DNA from: Magallana gigas
Lineage: Eukaryota
Assembly (NCBI RefSeq): GCF_963853765.1
Contig: NC_088859.1
Span: 1,736,001 to 1,800,000 of the forward strand
Length of the DNA stretch: 64,000 nucleotides
Reading direction: 5' to 3'
Made by a program: the position numbers and the translations under genes. Shown here piece by piece: positions 11,701 to 22,699 of the stretch (its first letter is position 1; each line of letters begins with the position of its first letter). The notes beneath the pieces were generated by a model. The model did not search any database and had not been told where the DNA came from. It saw only the letters and a list, made by a program, of their open reading frames with translations.

Positions 11701-14700
11701 CTCTATCTAGTGTCGACTTACTAGATCTACGATTGTAATGTTCTCTATCTAGTGTTGACTTACTAGATCTACGATTGTAATGTTCTCTATCTAGTGTTGA
11801 CTTACTAGATCTATGATTGTAATGTTCTCTATCTAGTGTTGACTTACTAGATCTGTGATTGTAATATTCTCTATCTAGTGTCGACTTACTAGATCTGTGA
11901 TTGTAATATTCTCTATCTAGTGTCGACTTACTAGATCTATGATTGTAATATTCTCTATCTAGTGTCGACTTACTAGATCTATGATTGTAATATTCTCTAT
12001 CTAGTGTTGACTTACTAGATCTATGATTGTAATATTCTCTATCTAGTGTTGACTTACTAGATCTGTGATTGTAATTATATCTATCCAGTGTTGACTTACT
12101 AGATCTATGATTGTAATGTTCTCTATCTAGTGTTGACTTACTAGATCTATGATTGCAATGTTCTCTATCTAGTGTTGACTTACTAGATCTGTGATTGTAA
12201 TATTCTCTATCTAGTGTCGACTTACTAGATCTGTGATTGTAATATTCTCTATCTAGTGTCGACTTACTAGATCTATGATTGTAATATTCTCTATCTAGTG
12301 TTGACTTACTAGATCTATGATTGTAATATTCTCTATCTAGTGTTGACTTACTAGATCTATGATTGCAATGTTCTCTATCTAGTGTTGACCTACTAGATCT
12401 ATGATTGTTATGCTCTCTATCCAGTGTTGACTTACTAGATCTATGATTGTAATGTTCTCTATCTAGTGTTGACTTACTAGATCTATGATTGTAATGTTCC
12501 ATCTAGTATTGACTTACTAGATCTATGATTGTAATGTTCTCTATCTAGTGTTGACTTACTAGATCTATGATTGTAATATTCTCTATCTAGTGTCGACTTA
12601 CTAGATCTATGATTGTAATATTCTCTATCTAGTGTTGACTTACTAGATCTATGATTGTAATGTTCTATATCGAGTGTTGACTTACTAGATCTATGATTTT
12701 AATGTTCTCTATCCAGTGTTGACTTACTAGATCTATGATTGTAATATTCTCTATCAAGTGTCGACTTACTAGATCTATGATTGCAATGTTCTCTATCTAG
12801 TGTCGACTTACTAGATCTACGATTGTAATGTTCTCTATCTAGTGTTGACTTACTAGATCTATGATTGTAATTATATCTATCCAGTGTTGACTTACTAGAT
12901 CTATGATTGTAATGTTCTCTATCTAGTGTTGACTTACTAGATCTATGATTGCAATGTTCTCTATCTAGTGTTGACTTACTAGATCTGTGATTGTAATATT
13001 CTCTATCTAGTGTCGACTTACTAGATCTATGATTGTAATATTCTCTATCTAGTGTCGACTTACTAGATCTATGATTGCAATGTTCTCTATCTAGTGTCGA
13101 CTTACTAGATCTACGATTGTAATGTTCTCTATCTAGTGTCGACTTACTAGATCTGTGATTGTAATATTCTCTATCTAGTGTTGACTTACTAGATCTATGA
13201 TTGTAATATTCTCTATCTAGTGTTGACTTACTAGATCTATGATTGTAATTATATCTATCCAGTGTTGACTTACTAGATCTATGATTGTAATGTTCTCTAT
13301 CTAGTGTTGACTTACTAGATCTATGATTGCAATGTTCTCTATCTAGTGTTGACTTACTAGATCTGTGATTGTAATATTCTCTATCTAGTGTCGACTTACT
13401 AGATCTATGATTGTAATATTCTCTATCTAGTGTGGACTTACTAGATCTATGATTGTAATGTTTTATATCGAGTGTTGACTTACTAGATCTGTGATCGTGA
13501 TGTTTTCCTCCATCATCCTCTGTATATACAAGATCCCTGTTTTGTCGATATTATTGCCGCTGATATTAAGTGTGGTTACTGTTGAGTTAATCTGTGAATA
13601 AAGTGTAAGTCGTCATTACTGGTAACAGAATATTTGACTGACCTGTGCGAGGTCATTTATGTTCAAAGCTTAAAAGTTAAATCTTAATGTGTTCATTGTC
13701 GACAGTCATTCAAAGCGGTTGTGTTGAGTTCAATGTAATAAAATAACAAAATATATTAAAATGCATACTTTTTTTACTTTCCATATCAGTGTCACACACT
13801 TAAAACGTATTTTTTAATATTGTTTATTCATATATATCCGTACGTAGCAATTGTCAGGTCTATTCGAAAATCAAATTAAAACAAGTTCAATGTCTCACAC
13901 CTTTTTAAATATTCACATTACTTTTCAAGTATATGTTATGTGAAAATAATCAAAATATTTTATTATTTCCTAAACTATTGCTACCCGGTAATTGAAATTT
14001 AATACTTTATCAAGGGCACGGATACATAATAGATATCATGTTATGTAACAACAGGTGGGATGGATTTTACGGTTGGAAGACGATTTTGTTTTGTCACCTG
14101 TTAGCTTTTTGTACTCTTTCTCTTCTTATATGTATTGTTTTAAACAACATAATAATTATATATTAAGCAGTGTCCAGTTTATTAAGTTACATGTTTATTC
14201 ATATTAATTATGACTTATTTTTACATTAACTGTTAACTGTTGTGTTTTCTTTTATACTGTTTAAGTTGACTATGAGTGGACGGATTATTTTATAATCGAT
14301 CAAACGCTGGACTTTTTTGTCATTGTAGACAGTACTTACATTTATTTAGTATTACTGCAAAATAATCACATAACCGGCGAGTTGGTTTTATTTAATGAAT
14401 GCATACAATGTTCCAAATGAACTACCAAAGAAAGAATTTCAATTTATTATTGAATACTACTGATATTCAGTTCAGACTCCGAAGAACACCGCAAGTGGAT
14501 GAGCGTGTACTTACTACTAGGGCCACGGACACTGCCATGGTTCCTTTGGGGCCCAGTCCGTAGTGTCTGATGTCGATGCTGGGGGACTCCGCCAACTTCC
14601 GCAAGATCTTGGAGGAGGGAACCACGTCCAGTTTCTGGCAGATTTTCTCATACGTTCTTCTCCCCGTGTCATCGTAAGGAACGTGGGGAGCTGTTGGAAA

Positions 14701-15273
14701 CGTATTCTGGCGATTTACCTTATTTGTACATGCATATGAATACAAGTTGCAATATACATTTGTATATTCCTACAAGTAATAACTGTATATTTGTTAACTT
14801 ATCGATCTTATTAAATTTCCTTTTCTTGTTCACGATAGACGTACCACTTAATAAGAAATTAAAAGCAGTGTAGCAAACTTTTCAAATTAGTTATGGTTTA
14901 TTTGTTCATTATGTTATTTACGCATCTTCTTTTTATTCACCTATTCGCTTTTGCATGTAAGCTTAGATTTACCTGTTATATCTAAAACCGTTTCCTGGTC
15001 ATCCTCAATGTCAGCTTTACCTTTTACCGGTGTAGCACGGGCTGAATCTCTGGTGAACACCTATAATAAGAAGATTGATTAAAAAATAAGGTAAAAACCG
15101 TCTAATCCGAGAGACAGGTGCAAACACAGGTGCGACAGGGGCCGGGACTGGGCGTCTACCTCACACTTGCTGAGGGGTAGGGACAGTAGGGAGTCCCTGG
15201 TACTGGAGCGGACATTTACAAAGGACAAGAAGCGGGTCAGGAGATAATCGTCCGTGTAGTCGATGGCATCCAT
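5783..15273 (-). CDS. LRRC74: LRRC74-like leucine-rich repeat protein with C-terminal EF-hand pair, 13 coding exons, about 507 aa
   Basis: Exons 15160-15273, 14973-15060, 14515-14690, 13484-13591, 10546-10639, 9806-9855, 9641-9722, 8536-8621, 7949-8143, 7207-7302, 6686-6946, 5961-6046, 5783-5870; all GT-AG, phases consistent (1524 nt). YEKICQKLDVVPSSKILRKL...IDIRHYGLGPKGTMAVSVALV matches the LRRC74 N-terminus. RI-type LRRs (LNISGNNI, DVSDNHL, LDISRNGF, LNISWNQF, NASWNGI). EF loops DEDGSNSVDYDE and DMDGDGDIDFSE. The first exon and start codon are the least certain. Confidence 0.82.
6645..6706 (-). repeat. 33-bp tandem duplication spanning a 5' splice site
   Basis: Minus strand reads GAATTCAGACAGGGAATCAAG|GTACGAGTTAAC GAATTCAGACAGGGAATCAAG|GTACGAGTAAAC; possible exon ends at 6686 and 6653. 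Confidence 0.9.
10841..13500 (-). repeat. 42-bp minisatellite, about 63 copies, derived from an LRRC74 exon/intron junction
   Basis: Plus-strand unit ctagatctatgattgtaatgttctctatctagtgttgactta. On the minus strand each unit is the exon tail (AACATTACAATCATAGATCTA vs true AACATCACGATCACAGATCTA) followed by GTAAGTC. Variant blocks recur 1090 bp apart (11406 and 12496). Confidence 0.95.
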
Positions 15274-18054
15274 GTCAGCTCTGACCCGCTAATCCAGTCC
15301 GACTTCCTCTAGTTATTAATCTGTTTCTGAGGGCCCTCCAATGATGCCCTTTATTAAGTCATAATTGTATCTGCGGTGTCAGAGTTTTCACTCTTTCTGA
15401 TAAATAAGAATACAAACTCCTTGCTAAAGCTTGGGGGACAATGATGTAAACTCTGCTAGAGGAGTTATTTAATTCACAGAATGGATACTGACAAAAGCAA
15501 AGAATCGTCATCTTGTAATGGAAGGGGAGGGGAAGTGTTTATTAATCAAACACTTGTATTTTCTTAAGCTCTGCTTTGGAACTTTGGTACATGCATTAAT
15601 GTTATGTTGGGAATTAGTCGATATTTTTGGGACTGAATTTAAATACACAAACTTTGACCTTTGTTGATACGAACATTAAATTTTCATTTGAATTGTGTTT
15701 AAATCGTTTCTGTTACGGTATTGCGAGTAAACGGAAATATGGAGATTAAGGATATCTGGTCAATAACGTTTTATACCGATAAGGACGTTACATGATTTTT
15801 TCTTCAGGTTAAATTACCCATTGTTAAAATGGCGTTATCAAGAGTCAGTTTATGGCACTAAGCTGGTGGGAACATGGAATTCTCGGCCATTACATGATGA
15901 TAATCGGATTTGTTATATAGTGGATGACTTTAGGTGACGTTATGTGGCTTGACAGACGCCACGACATAACGGTCCGAGTCTGTGTTGATTCAGAAATAGA
16001 GACCCACATTCTGTCTCCGTCCCCTTTGAGCCAAGGACACAGCCACACCCCCCCCCCCCCCACCCACCCACCTAACCTCTCTCCCCAACTTTGTAGTAAT
16101 ACAAAAACCCACCCTAACCTCTCTGCGTCCCTTCTGGTCCATGAATTTGGACCCCCCCCCCACATCTCTCCGTACTATAGACTGACACCCCCCCCCCCCT
16201 CCATTGTAATCTACACAGAGATCCAAACGTACCATTCCCCTGTCCGTACTTATCCTCAAATAGACCCACTAGTTAGACTCCCACCATCTGAACTGATCCA
16301 AACAGACGTCGGTTATAGTGCAGTAAGCTCCATTTGTTTCCTATGAAAAAAGGATAAAGTCTCATCTGCCTTGATTTTGTCATGTGTTTCCAAACTACAT
16401 GTATACCACTATTTGGGGCAACTGTTGTACATGTATACACATAAGTATATCTGTGTAGTTCTGTAGTGCTGTGTTTGTGGTCAAGATTTAATTATGGTTT
16501 TTCTGGGGTCTTGCTACCTGGTTTTTAGTTTATGTCAATGTATATGGTTTTGTGCATGGTTTACATAATACCGGTATTTAGCTAGGATTTGGGTACAGTC
16601 TTTTATAATCAATGAATTGTGCTCACAAGTTATCATTGTTGTGTACGTCATGTGAGGCCATAAATACAAACGAACTGAGATTTACACATTTTTTAAAAAT
16701 ACCTTAGCTAAATGATTACCAAATTAATTTGGTTTTGGTTCTTTTTTTCTTTTCTTTGCGATGAATTATGCATGCGAATAAGTAATCAAATTACATATAC
16801 TTTTTAAACTAACAAGACACAGTGAAAAGTAATGTGGATTTGGATTCTAAATTGAGATTTTCTCAGTATTACTTTTGTTGATACGTTTTGAAACTGCCTC
16901 ACATACCTTTGAGATCGCCTTTTTATCTGGGGTAAAACGGGCAGTAGTTGTTCCGATATATTCCGCTTTTACGCTGGCCATTTTGATTTACGGAATATTT
17001 GTTTCCATAATACTCCTGACAAAGTGAATGGTGGGCGAACAAATATTACACTAGCACTCTCTCCTCCCTCATTAGTTACATGTCAATTTGCCTGATTTCC
17101 GGGTAAATATTATCATAATATTCCACAAAGAAAGTTTTAGACATTTCCCTGGCCAGGAATCGGGCGCCGGAACAAACTGAACGCTCCGGTAAATTATACT
17201 GTGATTTATAGTGTATTGAGATATGGGATTAACGGAAAGTACTTTCAATCAGATTGGTCTTTAATTTCAGATTAAGCCTTACCTCTTCCATTGTTTCGTT
17301 AATCCACTCCTCACCTTTGACCCACTTCATAAGAAAAACAATATTCCTCCGACTCCTGTCCCTCTCATCAAAATTGTTGCAACTCCATTTTTATTAACTT
17401 ATTTGCCTTGCAATTATGCGGATATCTCTAGCGTAATTCATTTAATGAGGGTACGTAAGGGTATTTGTTAAAAATATTCAATAAATACATATTTTTCAGA
17501 AGGAACATTGCGCGCATATTTCAGTTAAAATTAATTTGGTTACGTAACGTATTCAAAGTTGTTCTTGTGTGGTGTTATAGGAACTGAAAGCGTGGCAAAT
17601 GTTAAGTAAAAAAATATCTTCAAACTTTATTTTTAAAATCACCCACTGGGGGCCATCTGCATTTGAATTTGACTGAAGTTTAAATTAATGATTGTTTTGG
17701 ATGCGGAGCGGACAGATCGGCAGATAGTAACAAAGGAGCATTTTAAACCAATGCTTTGTGCTTAGGAACAATCTTGTCTTAACAAATGCGGTAGCAGACT
17801 CTGTGAGAAAAAAAATAAGCACGGCTTTTAAATTAGGAAAAAGACTTGTATGTGTATTACTATTTAAAACTGTAATTAGCATAACATCATTATCAGATAT
17901 ACGGATGTATTTTGAGACGGTTATAAATATTCGGGAGTAAAAATTGTTGCTTTTCAAATCATCATTCATTGCAGGTTGTTCTAAGCAATGCTGAGTGTTG
18001 AGTTTAATGAATTAAGATATGGGCTTATTGTTTTGTTTTTTTTGTGGGGAGGGG

Positions 18055-18089
<35 letters not shown>

Positions 18090-20026
18090 TTGCGCATGCT
18101 GTTATCGTTTTGCTCAATTCTCTCTTTGTAAATATAATCGTATACGATTCCTATATATACATGTATGAAGACACGTCTTTTTGAAATCAAGCCGTTAATT
18201 AGTAAGTGCTTCTCTCGAAATGATCAACTTACAATCAAGGGAAACAAATTCGGAAAGTTATATAGTAAAAATGTCTCGGCTTTCTTTGCTTACATCCGTA
18301 ATTCCCTTATCATTTCGTACTGAAACAATTGTTCTTTTGAAACACTACATTCAACCATATGCTAAGGAACAATCATAGCACGGCAAACTGTCTTTTCCAA
18401 AATCAAAAAAAAAGATGAAACGCATGCTTCTCGGATTATAATATTATTACTTAAATATTCTATGATAAAATTTACCAATCAAATATCTGTGAATAAACTA
18501 AAGGGAGAATGAAATATGTTTATGTATTTATTTGATAAAAGTACAAGTCTTGCCTCTGATTTAGAACTTATATTACATTTATAAAACTATTGAGAAAGTA
18601 AATTAAAATGTCAAGTTTGAATCCACGACCCTTTAACAGACTCAGCTGTATTCCAATGGAATGCGAAATATCATACATGCAAGACATACTAATTTCGAAA
18701 GAAAATGCACCACCAAACAGATTAACGGAGATATTCCAATATTGTGTTGTCAGCTTGTGAAGGTCACGATGTGCAACAATTTTATGGTTTTTTTTCTGAA
18801 TTTAAATTATAGACCATCTTGGGCACGTTCGATGTTTGATAATATTACACATGTTTCTGTAATTCATGTATCATTTGACTCATGGTACATTTTTTTTGTG
18901 AATACTAGTTATAAAGATTGGTTGGATTCAAGTTTAATTAATATCATTCAATTATTCAATTGAGCAATGACAAAAATGACCTATAACCTATTTTGTTTCA
19001 CCAAGCAGTAACCCTCAATGTCTTTTAAAAAGGTTTTTTCTTTTCTTTTTCTTTTTTATTTCGCCCTTATTCATAATTTCATGATTCTGTTCAAATAGCC
19101 AGTAACAACGCTGAATCATTTTCATGTTTTGAAAAAAAACCACGGACACAAAAACTATGAAAATTCAATGAATCATTTTCTTTAAAAATATGAACAATAC
19201 AACATGTGGACTAGAACAATTGTCTTTACACATTTAACATGTTATGCATCCATATCATGACAGAAAATCACAGTAAATTGTATGTAATATCAATAAAACA
19301 TAACATTCCTTAATACCTTAAATGAGATACAATACATTAACCATAAAGAGGACATACTTAAAATCAGAATAAATGATTAAAATGCTATAAATTACTTTAG
19401 TATATCAACATATTTTCCTCTTTTAAACAATTCAAACAGTTCTGTGGAACCATTATAGTTTGTAGGGGGTTTATTTTCTTGGATTTTATGGGTTTATCCC
19501 TTACATATGAATTTAAGTCAAAAAATAAAATGTTAACATGGTTTATGCTCACTTTTTCTATGAAATCTATAAAATAACCTCCCCATGAAATTGTAAAAAT
19601 TAACAATCAATCCAACAATATCAAAAGATTCCACAGTGTTTCATTTGATTAAGAAATATCAACACAATACATGTTTCTGAATGAGGTAAAGGACATTCCT
19701 GGGGCATGTATAAGTTATATTTTTTTTTAATGATAATGAGAAAAATGAGATAAATAACTATATTTAAAACACATTTTAAGACGAAAATTAAAAAAATAAA
19801 AATGAAATGAAACTAAGCATTCATGGAACACAATGTTATCACAGCATATGAGGTAAACCAATACAAAGTCTCTTTATAATCCAAACTATTTAAAACACAG
19901 TCAAACTACATGTACATGCGTATCAAGTTTGTTTTGTGGTTTTTTTTTGTGTAATGTTATAAAACTGTAACAAAACTGAACATAAAATAATTTGTAAATA
20001 TCCATGGCTAAATAAAACTGTTAGTG

Positions 20027-20569
20027 CTATAAAAGACCAAGTTCAAGTTTGAGGAACATTTTGAGTGATGGGTTATCGATCTTATCTATTTCTCTTTTGG
20101 CACGTTCATTACCGTCTTTTTCATAATACTTTTTCAGTTCGTTTGCATACATGATCCATACACAGTTTGCACATCCACTCATGCAGCAATCGACCGGCGG
20201 CTCAGGTGGCATACCTTTACCTGGAATGACTTCTTTTGAACAACCAGATAGGGATTCTCCATTATCTTCATGGATGTAAGTGCTAAGTCCAGGGTCATCA
20301 TTTGAAACAGTATCAGTCTTATTGAGGTTACTTCTGCAAGTACTATCAATTGTATTAGAAATATTGCGGTCTAAATATTTATCTTTTTCATCAAGGTCAA
20401 TTAGAGGTTGTGTGATTTTTTTTTCAGTGGTCGGTCTCCCAGTGCTTTTCCCTCTAATATGTTCATTGATCCATATCTTTTGCCAAACATATTGAGATGT
20501 GCAGGTTGAAGAAAACTGATACTCGAGATGCCTCAATATGAAGTTGGTAAAACCAATTTGAAATCTCAT
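20027..20569 (-). CDS. OXLD1: Oxidoreductase-like domain-containing protein 1, about 180 aa
   Basis: C-terminal PPEPPVDCCMSGCANCVWIMYANEL is the oxidoreductase-like N domain motif, followed by IDNPSLKMFLKLEL. Acceptor tttcag 2 nt before the ATG. Probable non-coding first exon ends at 22251 (AAA|gtaagt). Confidence 0.88.
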   Translation of the reverse strand: MRFQIGFTNFILRHLEYQFSSTCTSQYVWQKIWINEHIRGKSTGRPTTEKKITQPLIDLDEKDKYLDRNISNTIDSTCRSNLNKTDTVSNDDPGLSTYIHEDNGESLSGCSKEVIPGKGMPPEPPVDCCMSGCANCVWIMYANELKKYYEKDGNERAKREIDKIDNPSLKMFLKLELGLL

Positions 20570-20768
20570 TTCTGAAAAATATAAATTGTACATGTACTTT
20601 TGCAAAACAGTTGGAATAAATTAACTCTATTAATTAACAACATGCACTGATCTAGAGGGTGTTTGGGGTTTCCTTACACCCCCCCCCCCACCCTTACAGA
20701 AATTATTTTATGGAGCAATGCATGTTCAAGAGTGAAAGGAAAAAAAATACTTATTTAACTAATATATA

Positions 20769-21900
20769 TTTATTTATTTATTTATTTATTCACCAATCAA
20801 GGGCCCTCAGGGGGCATATACATTTTAAAAAAAAAAAATAATAATATCATGATTATAACAAATAATGAATGAAATACTGCTCACAATGTCCAGGCAACAA
20901 TATGCAAAATGTTTCATTAATACAATGAAATATATGTATGGGATTTACACATCAGTGAATACAACAGCTATACAGAAACAAAGTGGCCTGAAAACAGAGA
21001 GTACCAAGGGACGGTGCCTGCACAGTTGATTAGACTGGTCTTCTTGTACTCAAAGTGTTCAAGCCAATATGCTTATACATAACATAACCCCCCCCCCCAA
21101 CCAAAGTAAATACACTGCATAATATATCTGTATATATAACTATAACCATTATATTCCACCTTTAAGAATCATTTCACTGAGTTGTACAAGTACTTGTAAA
21201 TCTTCAGTTGTCATAAGCCAGTAAAATTTCTGATTATTGTCCATATATTGAAAATTTTTACGAGAGTCATTAGCTAATTTGTACAGAGTATCTCTTAATG
21301 CCTTATTATGATCACATGAGAATAAACTATGTTTTTCATCATCCACTGATTTGACATTACATCTATTACAGTATCTTTCTTGTCGTGGAATGCCTTGATA
21401 TCGTCCTCTTTCAATATTAAGTCTATGAGCGAAAACGAGTTAAAATTCTCCTCTGCTCAAAATTTTTAAGTAATCTTAGGTAGTTCTCTTGGCCAAAATT
21501 TTGCTTAAAATTGCTGTAGCAACTTAGTTTTTTGTCAGCATGTATAGTGAATTTAGAAATCCATTCTTTAATATAATATTTAAAGAGATAGTCTCTAAGT
21601 GCTCTTTTGAATTTTTGTATTGTTACCGACAGTAAATTGTTTGTGCCATCAATGCTGTTAGTTAAAAATTGAATTGAGCCATACTAAGAGGGGGTATTTT
21701 GTTGAAACAACTGTTTTGATTCACAATAAGCATTATACAAAAGTGGAAATGATTGACTTTGATTCTCAAGTCTGTACCAATAACTTAACATAGATCTTAT
21801 GATATCAAAATGTAAGGGAAATCTTCCCAATTCAGATAGAACAGCAAAGTTTGTTGCAGATTTATGTACACCAAGTATATGTAAGCAATCTTAATTCCTT
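20769..21900 (-). mobile_element. 5'-truncated, degenerate LINE (CR1/L2-like clade) in OXLD1 intron 1
   Basis: Fragments translate as LHILGVHKSATNFAVLSELGRFPL and AHRLNIERGRYQGIPRQERYCNRC...DDEKH, homologous to the C-terminus of the RT ORF at 56139-58199. (AAAT)n tail at 20769-20790. Confidence 0.8.
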
Positions 21901-21911
21901 TACAACATTAC

Positions 21912-22039
21912 TGTGACGGTCAGACCGGTTTGAATACCGGCGCCAGATAGCTCAGTTGGTAGAGCACCTGACTAAAGATTCTGGGGGCCCGGGTTCGAAA
22001 CCCAGTCTGGTCCGTCATTATTTCTCCCATCCCGTTACA
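21912..22039 (+). mobile_element. 128-bp tRNA-derived unit bounded by TGTGACGG...CCGTTACA (LTR-like or SINE-like)
   Basis: A box TAGCTCAGTTGG and B box GGTTCGAAACC inside a tRNA-like core with a non-canonical anticodon arm. Terminal inverted TGT...ACA. A degenerate related stretch follows to about 22190. Confidence 0.6.
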
Positions 22040-22349
22040 TAACAAATGGTCAGATGGTCTGGTCAATCAAAGGCAAAAGAAAAAGTGACCAGAGTTTAAA
22101 TCCTGGTGTGGTTCGTCATCATTTCCCAAAACCTGTTTCATTTGATCAGTTGATACCGTGCCAAACTCCTGGAACTGATTGACAGGTTCACGTATGTTAC
22201 AAATGCTTGTGAAGAAAAAAAAATGAACCTCCGAGGTACAATGTACTTACTTTTTCAAAGGGGTCGGTCCTTTTTTCTACTCAAGCTCCTGTGCTCTTGT
22301 CAGGGGAGAGAACTTAGGATGGTAATCATCTCTATGGGCAAAAATCGTT

Positions 22350-22699
22350 TAATATAAGCATGTCAAGAGGGCGGAATGTGTCAGGCAAACTAAATCATTG
22401 ATAGAGTGCCTAAGAGGTCAAACTGTATAAACACAATTACAACGCGATTACCTATATCTATTGAGATAAATTGGCTTAAAATCTGATATTAATTGTTAAA
22501 ATAAAGAAAACGCAATAGAAATGTTTTAACAGAACAGCCATACCAAAGTTTTAAGTTAAAATCTGTACGAAGATGTTTGAAGTCGCCTGGTTTGAAACCG
22601 GAAGTGTGAAGTACGTCATCAATATTTGTAGTGTTCCGTGTAAACATTGCAGCGTGGTATTTTTATTTGGGTACCGTTTTTATTTACTCACTTCCAGAA
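22350..22699. promoter_or_regulatory. Bidirectional promoter between OXLD1 and CCDC137
   Basis: Divergent genes start within about 450 bp. ETS/GABP-type CCGGAAGT near 22598, GGGCGGAA near 22369, CRE-like TACGTCA near 22612. Confidence 0.6.

Noticed and set aside
10879-12502. 177-aa and 297-aa ORFs of repeated HYNHRSSKSTLDRE
   Set aside because: By-product of a 42-bp (3n) repeat inside an intron. The frame is shifted relative to the LRRC74 exon, and the starts arise from 2-nt deletion variants.
10841-13483. Recursive-splicing ratchet points in the array
   Set aside because: The unit reads CTAG-TAAGT rather than AG|GT after a polypyrimidine tract, so no acceptor-donor fusion exists.
10841-13500. 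CRISPR-like appearance of the array
   Set aside because: Units are contiguous with no unique spacers, there are no cas genes, and the context is eukaryotic.
15890-16346. 140-aa Pro-rich ORF and its antisense ORFs
   Set aside because: Driven by poly-C low-complexity runs; no recognisable domain or splice support.
21942-22015. Functional tRNA gene
   Set aside because: The anticodon arm does not form a canonical 5-bp stem with a 7-nt loop; the context indicates a tRNA-derived repeat.
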